Source of the DNA: a virus
Strand: one strand, 5' to 3'
Virus record (IMG/VR): IMGVR_UViG_3300037264_004862
Location: 32,001 to 96,000 of that record
Length of the DNA stretch: 64,000 nt
The position numbers and the translations under genes were made by a program. Each line of letters begins with the position of its first letter. Position 1 is the first letter of the stretch. Below the pieces are notes generated by a model. That model was not told where the DNA came from, made no database searches, and worked only from the letters and a program-made list of their open reading frames with translations. This document shows positions 37,651 through 48,047 of the stretch, piece by piece.

Positions 37651-38084
37651 AACTTATAAATTTGTCTGAAACATCTAGTAGTCCATCTGAGATGGCGGAA
37701 GCACTCAGGTGGATATCGGTGCTTAAGCCATATATGAGACAAGCGACAGTTGGAAAAGCTAAGAAATATGTCGCGCAATTGAAATATGATATGTCAAGAT
37801 CATATTTCAATGATCCTATACATGGTTTAGCATCATCTTGGTATGAAATTATGTTGTTCATCCCTAATGATGTATTAAACCATTTATTACAAAGTCGCGA
37901 AATAAGTTTCCATGCTGACGATGAGTTTGATGACAGCGACCATAATTTCTATTGTATTAGAATTCAACCTAGTCTTTATCCACCTATTAGCACCGATATC
38001 CCAATGTCTATGCCTCCATTAGTCCAGAAATATTTATTACGATCAGCTATAGATTTTAGAGAAGAACTCAAATCGATGATATGA
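37647..38084 (+). CDS. FHxDDxF-family protein 4
   Basis: MKLINLSE; SFHADDEF; MPPLV. Confidence 0.75.
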   Translation: MKLINLSETSSSPSEMAEALRWISVLKPYMRQATVGKAKKYVAQLKYDMSRSYFNDPIHGLASSWYEIMLFIPNDVLNHLLQSREISFHADDEFDDSDHNFYCIRIQPSLYPPISTDIPMSMPPLVQKYLLRSAIDFREELKSMI

Positions 38085-38686
38085 AGCTTAATTATTTATT
38101 TGAAGATCAGTATCGAAAAGGCGAACGAAGAGGCGAAGAAACCTTCGGACCTCCAATGAGATTGACTAACTTATTTGAATCTAATTTACATGAAGAAGTT
38201 ACTGATTTGTTGATTAAATATGACACTTATTTAAGTGTTGAATATCCATCAACTCATTGGCAAGCTAATTATGGAATGCGCCATATTGTAAGCGACATAA
38301 CACAAGAAATCATATCACATACTTTACGTCCATCTGGTATGCAATTTCATGAGAAATATCAACAACGAATGGACGAGACAAATCATTTAGTTCTTACGCT
38401 TCATAAATGGCGATATGACGGAAATAAATTTGGTAATGATTTAGAGGCTATTGGATGCAGTTTTATTGAACCACCATCTGAACCACAATTCCACGTAGAT
38501 GACCAATTTAGTGAACGTTTCCCTGAAGGAGAATCTAGTGAATATATTAAAGTTGATGCTAATAGCATCAACAGCAGTAAAGGCCCAGTAACATGGTGGC
38601 CACCAGAAGCATTACAAGCATTATATGATTTTCGTATTAGTTTAATCAATAAAGTTAAGCAAGAACTTACTTATAGCTCAAAGTAA
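38081..38686 (+). CDS. FHxDDxF-family protein 5
   Basis: MKLNYLFE plus a second MRLTNLFE; QFHVDDQF; VTWWPPEA. Confidence 0.75.
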   Translation: MKLNYLFEDQYRKGERRGEETFGPPMRLTNLFESNLHEEVTDLLIKYDTYLSVEYPSTHWQANYGMRHIVSDITQEIISHTLRPSGMQFHEKYQQRMDETNHLVLTLHKWRYDGNKFGNDLEAIGCSFIEPPSEPQFHVDDQFSERFPEGESSEYIKVDANSINSSKGPVTWWPPEALQALYDFRISLINKVKQELTYSSK

Positions 38687-38689
38687 TTT

Positions 38690-39190
38690 TTATGGTCGCT
38701 TATTGCGTAGAATTCGGAGTGCTACTTCGTTACGTCTTAAATCAGCCTGGGTCATTCGTTCTATAAATAGCATGCCTTCGATATGATCCATTTCGTGTTG
38801 AATGGCTCTAGCACCTAGATCAACGAAGTGTTCTTTAACATGGCCAATAGGAGTTTCGGCTTCTAGTATAGTTTCTTGGTATCTTTTGATTTTAGCGTTT
38901 ATATTTGGGAAGCTTAAACAACCTTCTGTGTCTGATATAAGAGGACCATCATTTTTAATAACAGGATTAAAATAAACGCGTTCTGCGTTTTTATTTGTCG
39001 GATCACCTGTTATATTTATTATAAAAAGCTTTACACCCCATCCAATTTGAGAAGCGGCCAGTCCTATGCCACCAATTTGATACATAAGTTTAAACATTTC
39101 TTCTACTTTGGCGATCTCATCGTGGGCGTAAATTTTTATTGGAATATTAGTATTGATTAATCTATAATCAGGATACAATAACACTTTCAT
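38690..39190 (-). CDS. def: Peptide deformylase
   Basis: GIGLAASQIG, EGCLS, QHEMDH. Confidence 0.95.
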   Translation of the reverse strand: MKVLLYPDYRLINTNIPIKIYAHDEIAKVEEMFKLMYQIGGIGLAASQIGWGVKLFIINITGDPTNKNAERVYFNPVIKNDGPLISDTEGCLSFPNINAKIKRYQETILEAETPIGHVKEHFVDLGARAIQHEMDHIEGMLFIERMTQADLRRNEVALRILRNKRP

Positions 39191-39240
39191 ATTAATATAT
39201 TAACTTAAATACTGTAGATAATTCAAAGGTAATAAGGATA

Positions 39241-39546
39241 ATGTTTAAATGGCTAAAGCGTCTATTAGGGTGTGAATCTTCGTCAAATAATATTCATGTA
39301 TACCTTCATGTTGATGGTAAATTGAGAATAGAAAATGAAGCGAGATCCGGAAATACCATTATGGCTAACAAAGGATCTGTCGACCCTAATGCTACCTTTA
39401 AAACACCAGATGGAAATAGAGAACCAGCTCGAAATTTTGAGGCAGATATCACGCCTGGGCTCTTTGCCGACACACGAGAGACAGAAGCTAGTTTCGGGAC
39501 TGAAGTTGAATTACCTCCCAAGAGCGATAAGGGCTCGGGTATTTAG
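39241..39546 (+). CDS. Hypothetical protein
   Basis: MFKWLKRLLG amphipathic start; AAGGA RBS. Confidence 0.55.
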   Translation: MFKWLKRLLGCESSSNNIHVYLHVDGKLRIENEARSGNTIMANKGSVDPNATFKTPDGNREPARNFEADITPGLFADTRETEASFGTEVELPPKSDKGSGI

Positions 39547-39580
39547 ATATCTAAGGAACCTATCTTATAGGAGTGGAATT

Positions 39581-40612
39581 ATGAAATGTTTAGGACTTGA
39601 TATAGGCACAAAGAATATCGTACTTGCTGATCGGCGTACAGGTAAACTGAAATTCAAAAGGGAAGTTAATGGTTTCGTCGATATTATTAAGGGCGATGGT
39701 TTCATTAAACAAATGTTGCTCTCCCAAGGTATTCCATTTATTGAAAGAGATGATAAATTTACGGCGCTTGGGTGTAAAGCAGAAGATATAGCCTATCACT
39801 TTGGTAAAGTTTTACGTCGTCCAATGGAGAATGGTGTATTGGCTGTAGGTGAAGAAGAAGCCATGAAGATCATGGCTGTGATTATTAAAAGTTTAATTGG
39901 TAAGATGGACGACGATGCTATTATTTATTACTGTATTCCGGCCCCGGCTTTAAATGAAACGGTCAATGTACGTTATCACCAGAAAGTCGTCCAAGCCATT
40001 TTAGATTCTTATAAATCTTCTGAAGGGGCTACAATTAAGGCCTACCCAATTAATGAAGCACGTTCTATTGTGATTTCGCAGATACCCGATCGTACGGGGA
40101 TTGGCATATCTTGGGGTGCAGGCATGGTTAATGTCTCATATTGTTTATTCGGCCTACCAATCTATGAATTCTCGTTGGTCGGTTCGGGTGATTGGATTGA
40201 TATGGAAAGTGCTCGTGTCACCGGAAATTTAGAAAAAACCGATGGACGCGATAAACCAAAGGCCTTAGTGTCAAAGGCTAAGGAGAAAGTTAATTTAGGC
40301 GGCCCACTACCAGAAACCAACCTTGAGAAGGCTATTTATATTAATTACCAAATTCTAATTGAAAATGTAGCCAAAGGTATTGCTGATGGTTTCCGCCAAA
40401 ATGAACAGAAAGCGCGCGCCGACAAGCCAATGCCAATAGTTGTGGCAGGCGGTACTTCGATGCCAGCAGGATTTTTAGATATGTTTAAGAGTGTTTTCGC
40501 AATTCAAAAAATGCCATTTGAGACTGGCGAAGTTAAACGTGCTGATGAACCATTATATGCTATCGCTGAAGGATGCTTAATTGCTAGTGAATTACATGAT
40601 GGTAACGTGTAA
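39581..40612 (+). CDS. Actin-fold ATPase (ParM/MreB/volactin-like)
   Basis: Phosphate-1 GLDIGT, connect INEA, phosphate-2 ISWGAG, GSGDWID, adenosine VAGGTS, AIAEG; start re-set to 39581 (AGGAG). Confidence 0.85.
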   Translation: MKCLGLDIGTKNIVLADRRTGKLKFKREVNGFVDIIKGDGFIKQMLLSQGIPFIERDDKFTALGCKAEDIAYHFGKVLRRPMENGVLAVGEEEAMKIMAVIIKSLIGKMDDDAIIYYCIPAPALNETVNVRYHQKVVQAILDSYKSSEGATIKAYPINEARSIVISQIPDRTGIGISWGAGMVNVSYCLFGLPIYEFSLVGSGDWIDMESARVTGNLEKTDGRDKPKALVSKAKEKVNLGGPLPETNLEKAIYINYQILIENVAKGIADGFRQNEQKARADKPMPIVVAGGTSMPAGFLDMFKSVFAIQKMPFETGEVKRADEPLYAIAEGCLIASELHDGNV

Positions 40613-40629
40613 ACAAATACAGGCCGTAA

Positions 40630-42585
40630 ATGAAGATGGTAACGCCTAAGCAAGTCATAAAATTACCGCTTATTGGTGTCAAGGACGGAGATCAAGTCCA
40701 AGACGAATTTGGTAATATATTCGAATTTGATACTGAATTAAAAACTTGGATTTGTAAAGGGGTCAAACAAGAACCATCATTAGTAACAACTGAGCAAGCC
40801 GGATTGGTGACACCATCAATTTTTGAAGAATTATCATTGATTAAGATATTGAAAGGTCGTGGTGTCAGTTTTGATAGTTTTAAGATTGATGCTGGTGACC
40901 TTAATCCTTATTTTTATTTCTTTTATTCATCAGATAATTTAATTAGATTTTTTCCGGAAGGCCCAAATCAACTAAGGTTAGAAATAGATCGTAATAAACT
41001 ATTACAAAAATTAACTAGTCAATGTTGTGTTGGACCTAAAGGCAAACAAGGTCTCCAAGGGCTATTTGGCCATGCTGGTAAACCGGCCAATAATGAAATC
41101 TTTCAGTTACCTATAAGTACTACTAATCGTATATTCAAATTTGATACTGAAGTTGCCACGCCAATAAATACGCCGATATCATTGCGTATCTTTAGTGATA
41201 CGACTCAGGTGATTGAGTTTTTAATTCCAATAAATGCTGGTAGCACAGGCAATGATATTACTATCGTAGTGGTTGAAAATGGTCCGGAAGTTGAAATGTC
41301 TTCATTGTTTATTAATTTTGAAGCATCAACTAATAGATTAAATGGTTCAATAACATTTACTAGTGGTGCTGACGATATTTCGATTTGGAAATATAAAGCT
41401 CGCCAAAAAGGTATTAATGGCGATTCTGGTTCTGATGGTCTTCCGTTTTTTGAAATTGTAGAGCAATTTTTTGACGATCCTCTTCTTAGGTCTAATGATG
41501 CAATTGTCTCATTACGTAAACCGAATACTAGTGATAACATATTATTCATTAAAAAATCGCTATTTAATGAAGTGTGTACTTCAAATTTATTGCCATCAAC
41601 AACATTACCACGTGGTAAAATAACGCAAGCTACATTTACAGGTATTCGTGTGACTTTAAGCCAATGTAAGGACGTTGGTAAGTACAAGTTTGTTCCTGAT
41701 TTATTTGATGCTCCGCCATTGAATTTACCAGCTTGGACGCCAACTCCAGACTGCTGTAATGCTTCATTCTGTAATGTTCGCAATTTTAATTGGTTTGATA
41801 AGGTAGATCCACAACTCACATTTAATATCGAACAAGAACCATGTCTACCGGAACAATGCTGTCAAGAAGACTTTTTCTGGTGTCCTAATGTGGGTGATAA
41901 TCCATGTCCAGTAGAAGGTGATATTAATCCACCAGTTAAATTCATACGTTTTAGTTCATCTAGTTCTAGTTCATCGGATAATTCTAGTTCATCAAGTTCT
42001 ACGACGTCAGTACATTCATCTGAAGGGTCGCCTACGCCGCCTTCACCAACTCCACCGGTAATGTTAGGGACTTCATCGTCTTCAATGTCTTCCCAATCTC
42101 AGTCTTCTCAGGCGCCTGATGGATTTGTATGTGATCTTCCACAAGTTTCGAGTGTATCGAGCTCATCTGATTCTAGTGCATCCAATTTGAGCTTAGAATC
42201 AAGTGTATCTAGTGCGTCAAGTACATCGAGCTCATCTGATTCTAGTGCATCTGGTGCATCTAATTCTAGTGCGTCAAGTGCGTCAAGTGCATCTAATTCT
42301 AGTGCGTCAAGTGCGTCAAGTGCATCTAATTCTAGTGCGTCAAGTGCGTCAAGTGCATCTAATTCTAGTGCGTCAAGTGCGTCAAGTGCGTCAAGTGCAT
42401 CTAGTGCATCTAATTCTAGTGCGTCAAGTGCGTCAAGTGCGTCAAGTGCATCTAATTCTAGTGCGTCAAGTGCATCTAGTGCATCTAATTCTAGTGCGTC
42501 AAGTGCGTCAAGTGCATCTAGTGCATCTAATTCTAGTGCGTCAAGTGCGTCAAGTTTGAGCTCAGAATCTAGTCAGTCGATATAA
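40630..42585 (+). CDS. Putative fibre/surface protein with collagen triplets, Cys-rich domain and Ser/Ala-rich tail
   Basis: VTTEQAGLVTP; GPKGKQGLQGLFGHAGKP; several CC/C clusters; C-terminal SNSSASSASSA repeats. Confidence 0.75.
   Translation: MKMVTPKQVIKLPLIGVKDGDQVQDEFGNIFEFDTELKTWICKGVKQEPSLVTTEQAGLVTPSIFEELSLIKILKGRGVSFDSFKIDAGDLNPYFYFFYSSDNLIRFFPEGPNQLRLEIDRNKLLQKLTSQCCVGPKGKQGLQGLFGHAGKPANNEIFQLPISTTNRIFKFDTEVATPINTPISLRIFSDTTQVIEFLIPINAGSTGNDITIVVVENGPEVEMSSLFINFEASTNRLNGSITFTSGADDISIWKYKARQKGINGDSGSDGLPFFEIVEQFFDDPLLRSNDAIVSLRKPNTSDNILFIKKSLFNEVCTSNLLPSTTLPRGKITQATFTGIRVTLSQCKDVGKYKFVPDLFDAPPLNLPAWTPTPDCCNASFCNVRNFNWFDKVDPQLTFNIEQEPCLPEQCCQEDFFWCPNVGDNPCPVEGDINPPVKFIRFSSSSSSSSDNSSSSSSTTSVHSSEGSPTPPSPTPPVMLGTSSSSMSSQSQSSQAPDGFVCDLPQVSSVSSSSDSSASNLSLESSVSSASSTSSSSDSSASGASNSSASSASSASNSSASSASSASNSSASSASSASNSSASSASSASSASSASNSSASSASSASSASNSSASSASSASNSSASSASSASSASNSSASSASSLSSESSQSI
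42259..42555 (+). repeat. Coding minisatellite of in-frame modules (AGTGCGTCA / AGTGCATCT / AATTCT), basic period 33 bp
   Basis: Eight AATTCT (Asn-Ser) units separated by variable numbers of 9-bp Ser-Ala-Ser units. Confidence 0.9.
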
Positions 42586-42587
42586 AT

Positions 42588-43268
42588 ATGCATGGATTTA
42601 AAAGTGTGTTTAAAGTCATTGAAGCTGATGTAAATGCTCGGCGTTCGGATTATTCTATATTGGAAGTTCATAATGTAGCAATTGGTCGAGCCTTCCCAGG
42701 ATCGATGGATTTTATTGATCAGAATATATCAATAACAGTAGGTCCAATTAATGTGTCGAAGACTGGTTCTGATTCGGCAGATGGTCCAGTTGGTCGTGGA
42801 CATTATTACCCACAATTAGAAGATTTTATAATAACCACTTATTGTGTTGATCCATTAACGCCAGTTAGGACAGATACGTTTAGTGGAGGGTTCTTGTTTA
42901 TAGCAAGAACTACAGATGCATATAATAGGCGTCAAGTGTTTTTTAGAAGTAAGTTCAAATCAGCTTCTATTATTGATAATGTTATTAATAGTTTATGGTT
43001 AAAAGAATTAACTAAATTCGCTCCTGACGGCATAATTGATGTTGATTTAACATCAAGCCTTGATGTCCATTATTATATCAACCGTTATAGTTTCATTTAT
43101 AATATGGTAGGTAATGTGACGATTTATTATTCAAATCTTGATGAGAATGGAAAACTCGTAGGATTTAATAGTGATTTTAGTAATGATCTAGTTGGGAGTG
43201 GCGGTACCAATTTCGATGATGTAGCGTCTGATAATAGGTTCAATATTCCTCCTGGTTGTAATAGCTAA
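42588..43268 (+). CDS. Hypothetical beta-rich protein
   Basis: 226-aa ORF after the fibre gene. Confidence 0.6.
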   Translation: MHGFKSVFKVIEADVNARRSDYSILEVHNVAIGRAFPGSMDFIDQNISITVGPINVSKTGSDSADGPVGRGHYYPQLEDFIITTYCVDPLTPVRTDTFSGGFLFIARTTDAYNRRQVFFRSKFKSASIIDNVINSLWLKELTKFAPDGIIDVDLTSSLDVHYYINRYSFIYNMVGNVTIYYSNLDENGKLVGFNSDFSNDLVGSGGTNFDDVASDNRFNIPPGCNS

Positions 43269-43275
43269 ATAAGAT

Positions 43276-44586
43276 GTGAAGCTAGCTATTATTGTTGTAA
43301 GTCAACTTGATTCTCTGCATCAGCTTCATAAATATCTTTCAAAATATAAGCTTGCTACTATTGATCAAACTCCTTCAGATCATGACATAGTATTACATCT
43401 CAATACACAAGACCAACAGAAGGTCATTCAATATGCTTCGTTCTTAAAACTTTATAATTATGATATAAGGTCAATTATCATAGATGATACATTAACCGAT
43501 TATAAATCGATCTTATCACAATTAGAGTGTTTTAATATAAGCAATATAATTATCGGCAAGGATAGGCTTACAAACGATGCATTTATGCAGTCAGTAGTAA
43601 AACAAGTTATGTTTATTGAACCAGTTACTGAACTTGTGATGCCGGTTTGTAGTTTACATGATATAATGCCACCACAAGGGGAAAATAAGGATATAAGTGA
43701 CTTTTCGAAGCAACGTCATGGCCGTCAAGTGCATGAAGGCCATCAGATTGGGAAATATTTGCAGCCTCCTCCAATGTTGTTTAGTCGCGATGGACACAAT
43801 GTTTGGATGGGTGATATGTATAAAGGCGAAAGCGCTTTCTTAATTTTAGGGGGCCCGAGTTTTTCTAAAATTGATAAGGCCAAACTAGACCAAGCTGGCG
43901 TATTGACTATGGGAGTTAATAATTCTGCCAAGACATATCGGCCTAATTTATGGATATCGGTGGATGACCCAACTCATTTTATGAAGTCAATATGGTTCGA
44001 TTCGAAGATTACTAAGTTCGTGCCGTACTCTCATAGTGAGAAGGCTCTTTTTGATAACGAAACTTGGACAGAAATGGCCATTAAAGTAGGTGATTGTCCT
44101 AATGTTTGGTTCTATAAACGCAATGAACATTTTATTGCCAAACAATTCTTGTTTGAAGACACTGTGAACTGGGGCAACCATAAGGATCATGGTGGTGGGC
44201 GTAGTGTGATGTTAGCAGCTATTCGTGTTTTGTTCTACCTTGGAATTAGAAACATCTATTTATTAGGTTGTGATTTCAAAATGGATGAAAGTACTAAATA
44301 TCATTTCGACCAAGATAGAGCGGAAGGATCTATTAAAGGTAATAATTCAACCTATGAATTGCTAGTTGATAGGTTTACACAACTTAAACCAATATTTGAA
44401 ATTAATGGTTTAAATATTTATAATTGTAATTCTGATTCTGCTTTGAAAGTTTTTCCGTTTGTTGATTTCGAGCAAGCTATTAAAACATCTACTATCAGAA
44501 TTCCAACTAATTTAAAACAAGAGAGAACCATTGGGCTTTACGAACGCACTAAAAAAAACAAAAAGAACAAACATGAATCTAAATGA
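43276..44586 (+). CDS. Maf/DUF115 (MptE-like) family glycosyltransferase-like protein
   Basis: FLILGGPS, MGVNN, IYLLGCDF, IYNCN. Confidence 0.7.
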   Translation: MKLAIIVVSQLDSLHQLHKYLSKYKLATIDQTPSDHDIVLHLNTQDQQKVIQYASFLKLYNYDIRSIIIDDTLTDYKSILSQLECFNISNIIIGKDRLTNDAFMQSVVKQVMFIEPVTELVMPVCSLHDIMPPQGENKDISDFSKQRHGRQVHEGHQIGKYLQPPPMLFSRDGHNVWMGDMYKGESAFLILGGPSFSKIDKAKLDQAGVLTMGVNNSAKTYRPNLWISVDDPTHFMKSIWFDSKITKFVPYSHSEKALFDNETWTEMAIKVGDCPNVWFYKRNEHFIAKQFLFEDTVNWGNHKDHGGGRSVMLAAIRVLFYLGIRNIYLLGCDFKMDESTKYHFDQDRAEGSIKGNNSTYELLVDRFTQLKPIFEINGLNIYNCNSDSALKVFPFVDFEQAIKTSTIRIPTNLKQERTIGLYERTKKNKKNKHESK

Positions 44587-45295
44587 TATCACTGTGGTTA
44601 TAGCAATTGATGCTAGGCATCTTGAAGAATTAAAATATACATGGCCTACTTGGATGAAATTTAAGCCCGAAATGTCAACCCTTAAAAAGATTGTGATTTA
44701 TGATAAACATCAATTAACTTTCGATAAATTAGCAATATTTAATGGTCATGATGTCAGATTTATACCATGGGATATGCCAAATACCGATCAGCGTGAGAAA
44801 ATGTTGACTTCTTTAGTTAAGATCCCGGCTACTGAAGTTGATACCAAATGGTATCTTAAAATCGACGTCGATACTATTGCTACCGCGCCGGGACAATGGA
44901 TTAAAGATGAATGGTTTACTGCCGATCCTGTCTATATAGCACATAGTTGGGGATTCAGTAAACCAGCCGATGTTCTCAAGCGTTTAGATGATTGGGGAGA
45001 TACTATTTCTGAGCTTAGTAAATTTCCGCGTTTGAATATTACGTATGATTCGAAGATGTCGAGAGTGTTTTCGAAGCGGATTACGTCTTGGTGCTTCTTT
45101 GGTCGAACTGATTGGACTCGTAAGATTTGGGGCATGTGTAATGGAAAATTGCCAGTTCCATCTCAAGACACATTAATGTATCATTGTGCTACTCGACTAG
45201 GCGAGCATACAGTGCGTACAAACATGAAGGATCTTGGGTGGGGACATTTTAGGCTGCGCACTTTAAAAGCAATGAACAAGGAATTACTTAAATGA
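44573..45295 (+). CDS. Glycosyltransferase-like protein (DxD)
   Basis: WYLKIDVD, PSQD; start re-set to 44573. Confidence 0.55.
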   Translation: MNLNDITVVIAIDARHLEELKYTWPTWMKFKPEMSTLKKIVIYDKHQLTFDKLAIFNGHDVRFIPWDMPNTDQREKMLTSLVKIPATEVDTKWYLKIDVDTIATAPGQWIKDEWFTADPVYIAHSWGFSKPADVLKRLDDWGDTISELSKFPRLNITYDSKMSRVFSKRITSWCFFGRTDWTRKIWGMCNGKLPVPSQDTLMYHCATRLGEHTVRTNMKDLGWGHFRLRTLKAMNKELLK

Positions 45296-46101
45296 GTGCT
45301 GGTGTTATTTACTATAATGTAGGTGAATCATGCGTTGTAAGGTTATTGGTTTCAATTTATAGCCTAAAGCGGCATTATAATGGCCCTATTACTATTATAT
45401 CTGAAGGTGTAGAATCGGACGCCTTATGTTCTAAAGTGGCCCAAACAATGAATGTTACACTTAAACATGCAATTTTTGATACCAATGGTCCAAAAAATCA
45501 TCCGTTTCTAGCTAAAACTAAAATCAATCAGGTGGCACCTTATGATTATAATGTTTTCATTGATGCCGATACGTTAGTAGTTGGTAGGATAGATGAATTA
45601 TTCAATACAGCCCAGTTTACTATCACTAGAATGGCAGAATGGTCCACAAATGGCACTAAAATTTCACATAGGATTAAAAATTGGTCAAATATTTGCCCTG
45701 ACTTAATAGAGCCCGCTTTGAATTACAAAAAGGCCATTAATACAGGAATTTTTGCGTTCGTACGAGATGCTACCATATTTAATGAATGGTATGGCCTCAC
45801 GCTTAAAAACCGTGACACATTCATTCCTGATGAAATTAGTTGTCAATTGTTGCTACCTAAACATTCGCATAATTTATTAGATTGTAGATTCAATTGGTCT
45901 TGTAAATATGGTCCTGATATAGATGATATTCGAATCATTCATTTTCATGGTAGAAAACATTGTAGGCCTGGATTACCATTTAATGCCGACAAATGGGTGA
46001 AAGTGTATAATGAAGTTGTGAATCAGAATCTTGCGGATGTTTGCCAATGGCAGCCAGCTAAAGACAGAATGTTATATAAATATCTTAAATCTAATGAATA
46101 A
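45292..46101 (+). CDS. GT8-like glycosyltransferase
   Basis: VFIDADT, INTGIF, PDE, IIHFHG. Confidence 0.7.
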   Translation: MSAGVIYYNVGESCVVRLLVSIYSLKRHYNGPITIISEGVESDALCSKVAQTMNVTLKHAIFDTNGPKNHPFLAKTKINQVAPYDYNVFIDADTLVVGRIDELFNTAQFTITRMAEWSTNGTKISHRIKNWSNICPDLIEPALNYKKAINTGIFAFVRDATIFNEWYGLTLKNRDTFIPDEISCQLLLPKHSHNLLDCRFNWSCKYGPDIDDIRIIHFHGRKHCRPGLPFNADKWVKVYNEVVNQNLADVCQWQPAKDRMLYKYLKSNE

Positions 46102-46732
46102 ACTTTCTATTTGTTTTACTGTTAAAAATAGAAGTAAAATAGCCAATAGAGAAATATTTCCTCAGACTATCAAATCAATAGTTGAGCATAGCTCTCCTGG
46201 CGAACCGATTGAAGTCGTAGTGTCTGATTGGCTTTCGACTGATTGGCCATTAGTTGAATGGATTTATGATTATGCTAAACATGTACCCATTAAAGTAGTT
46301 AATATAGATCAATGTGGATTTAATAGAGGCATTGGCTTAAATTTGTCGGCCCAGAACTCATCTGGGAATATACTGTTTTTTAATGATGCTGATATTTTGG
46401 TCGATAGAGCTACGCTAGATTTGGCATTTAGGTGCATTACAGATAAAATAGCCTTCTTCCCACGTGTTAGAAAGACTACATCATATGGCCATCTTATTGT
46501 GAGAGAAGATAAACGTTGGCTTAGAGGATTTGGAGTGGCAATTGTATTGCGTGAATGGTGGGAACGAGCAGGATTATATAAGAGTTTCTGGTATACAGCT
46601 GATAATTGGGGCGGCGAAGACAACCAATTTCATGATGATATAAAGACCCTTAATATAAAAATTGAACGTCCTAAAATGGATAATTTGGTCCATCAATGGC
46701 ATCCACGGAAAGTAATTTATGAACAGCTTTGA
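46094..46732 (+). CDS. GT2/GT7-like glycosyltransferase
   Basis: FNRG.GLN, FNDADI, WGGED, HQWH; start re-set to 46094. Confidence 0.75.
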   Translation: MNKLSICFTVKNRSKIANREIFPQTIKSIVEHSSPGEPIEVVVSDWLSTDWPLVEWIYDYAKHVPIKVVNIDQCGFNRGIGLNLSAQNSSGNILFFNDADILVDRATLDLAFRCITDKIAFFPRVRKTTSYGHLIVREDKRWLRGFGVAIVLREWWERAGLYKSFWYTADNWGGEDNQFHDDIKTLNIKIERPKMDNLVHQWHPRKVIYEQL

Positions 46733-47435
46733 AATTTGTATACAGCAATATTCGTTCACAAAGCGTTGTTGGTGGCAATTAAGCAGTTTAGCTCAACAAA
46801 TCAATAAGACTAATATTTTGTATAAACTCAACATTCATAAAAATGACCCATTTTACAAACTAAATAAGCATTTAATTAGTACGTTTCAGAGTCTTGTAAA
46901 TTTGAAGGTCAAGATTTGGGATGATGAACGATTTTTTAAACGTGGTGATGTGCGTAATTTAGACTTAAAAGAAGCGACTAAACAGTGGATTATTTATGCA
47001 GATGCAGATGTGGTATTTCATCCGACATTCTTCAGTATGATTAATACGATATCTCTAAAGATTGATAAAATGAACGTTATTTCACGATTTAATACTTCTA
47101 TTGATGATGGTTATAGTTTAGTAGATTCTCAACGCTATGAGGGCCAACCTATTAAAAAAGTCGTTGATAGGATAACAAAATATCCATTGCGACAAAGTTG
47201 TTCTATAGGGGCTGGTTATTTTCAGTTAGTTAATGTCAATTTTATTAGAAGTAAAGGTTTTAATTATAGTGAGCGGTCAGATAGTGCATTGAATTCTAAG
47301 CGCGGACCGTCATACCGATCGGATCGACATCTTAGATCACTTATGGGATTGAACAAAATAGAAATAGCGCCTCTTTACCATATAAATCATTATCGTCTAA
47401 AAGATCATAAAGATGTAAGGTTGGCATGCCAATGA
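46719..47435 (+). CDS. GT2-like glycosyltransferase
   Basis: RG.VRN, YADADV, GAGYFQL, YHINH. Confidence 0.65.
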   Translation: MNSFEICIQQYSFTKRCWWQLSSLAQQINKTNILYKLNIHKNDPFYKLNKHLISTFQSLVNLKVKIWDDERFFKRGDVRNLDLKEATKQWIIYADADVVFHPTFFSMINTISLKIDKMNVISRFNTSIDDGYSLVDSQRYEGQPIKKVVDRITKYPLRQSCSIGAGYFQLVNVNFIRSKGFNYSERSDSALNSKRGPSYRSDRHLRSLMGLNKIEIAPLYHINHYRLKDHKDVRLACQ

Positions 47436-47992
47436 ATTATTTCAAAAAAGTGGTACAATCCAATGTTCCTAACGGATTTAGACGTAAGGTTCTTATTGAT
47501 GGTGGATTTTATATTGGACAATATACTGAAGCCTACCTAAGCAAGAATCCTGGATTTGAAGTATGGGCTTTTGATCCAATTAAAATAGATTCACAATTTC
47601 TGAGTCGCGTACATTTTATTAATCAAGCAATATGGATAAAAGATGAGATAAAATCTTTCTATTTAAGCCACCGTGCAGATGCTGCATCATTAATAGACAC
47701 TAGAGCAGTAGATATCGGTCGTAGTATCAAAGTCGACTGCGTTGATTTCAGTTATTGGTTAAAACAGAATTTTACTAAAGATGATTATATTCATCTTAAG
47801 CTTGATATAGAGGGTGCTGAATATCAAGTATTACAGAAAATGATCGATGATGGGTCAATTGATTTAATTAGTGAATTGGTGTGCGAATGGCACATTAAAA
47901 TTAGCCGCCAGCCCAATCAAGAATTACATAAATCATTGAAGCAACAATTGTTATCATGCAACAATATAAGATTATTAAAGGATTGGAGATGA
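47426..47992 (+). CDS. FkbM-family SAM methyltransferase
   Basis: IDGG..IG, AFDP, LKLDIEGAEY, CEWH. Confidence 0.8.
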   Translation: MPMNYFKKVVQSNVPNGFRRKVLIDGGFYIGQYTEAYLSKNPGFEVWAFDPIKIDSQFLSRVHFINQAIWIKDEIKSFYLSHRADAASLIDTRAVDIGRSIKVDCVDFSYWLKQNFTKDDYIHLKLDIEGAEYQVLQKMIDDGSIDLISELVCEWHIKISRQPNQELHKSLKQQLLSCNNIRLLKDWR

Positions 47993-48047
47993 AGTTTTCA
48001 AAGGACTGGCATAGGAGACATAAAAACCAAGTTTTTATTAGGAAAAT

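Noticed and set aside
42259-42555. Possible CRISPR-like array
   Set aside because: Units are contiguous in-frame coding modules with no unique spacers, and no cas genes are present
42203-42559. ORF with LILVRQVRQVH repeats
   Set aside because: Alternative-frame shadow of the Ser/Ala minisatellite in 40630..42585
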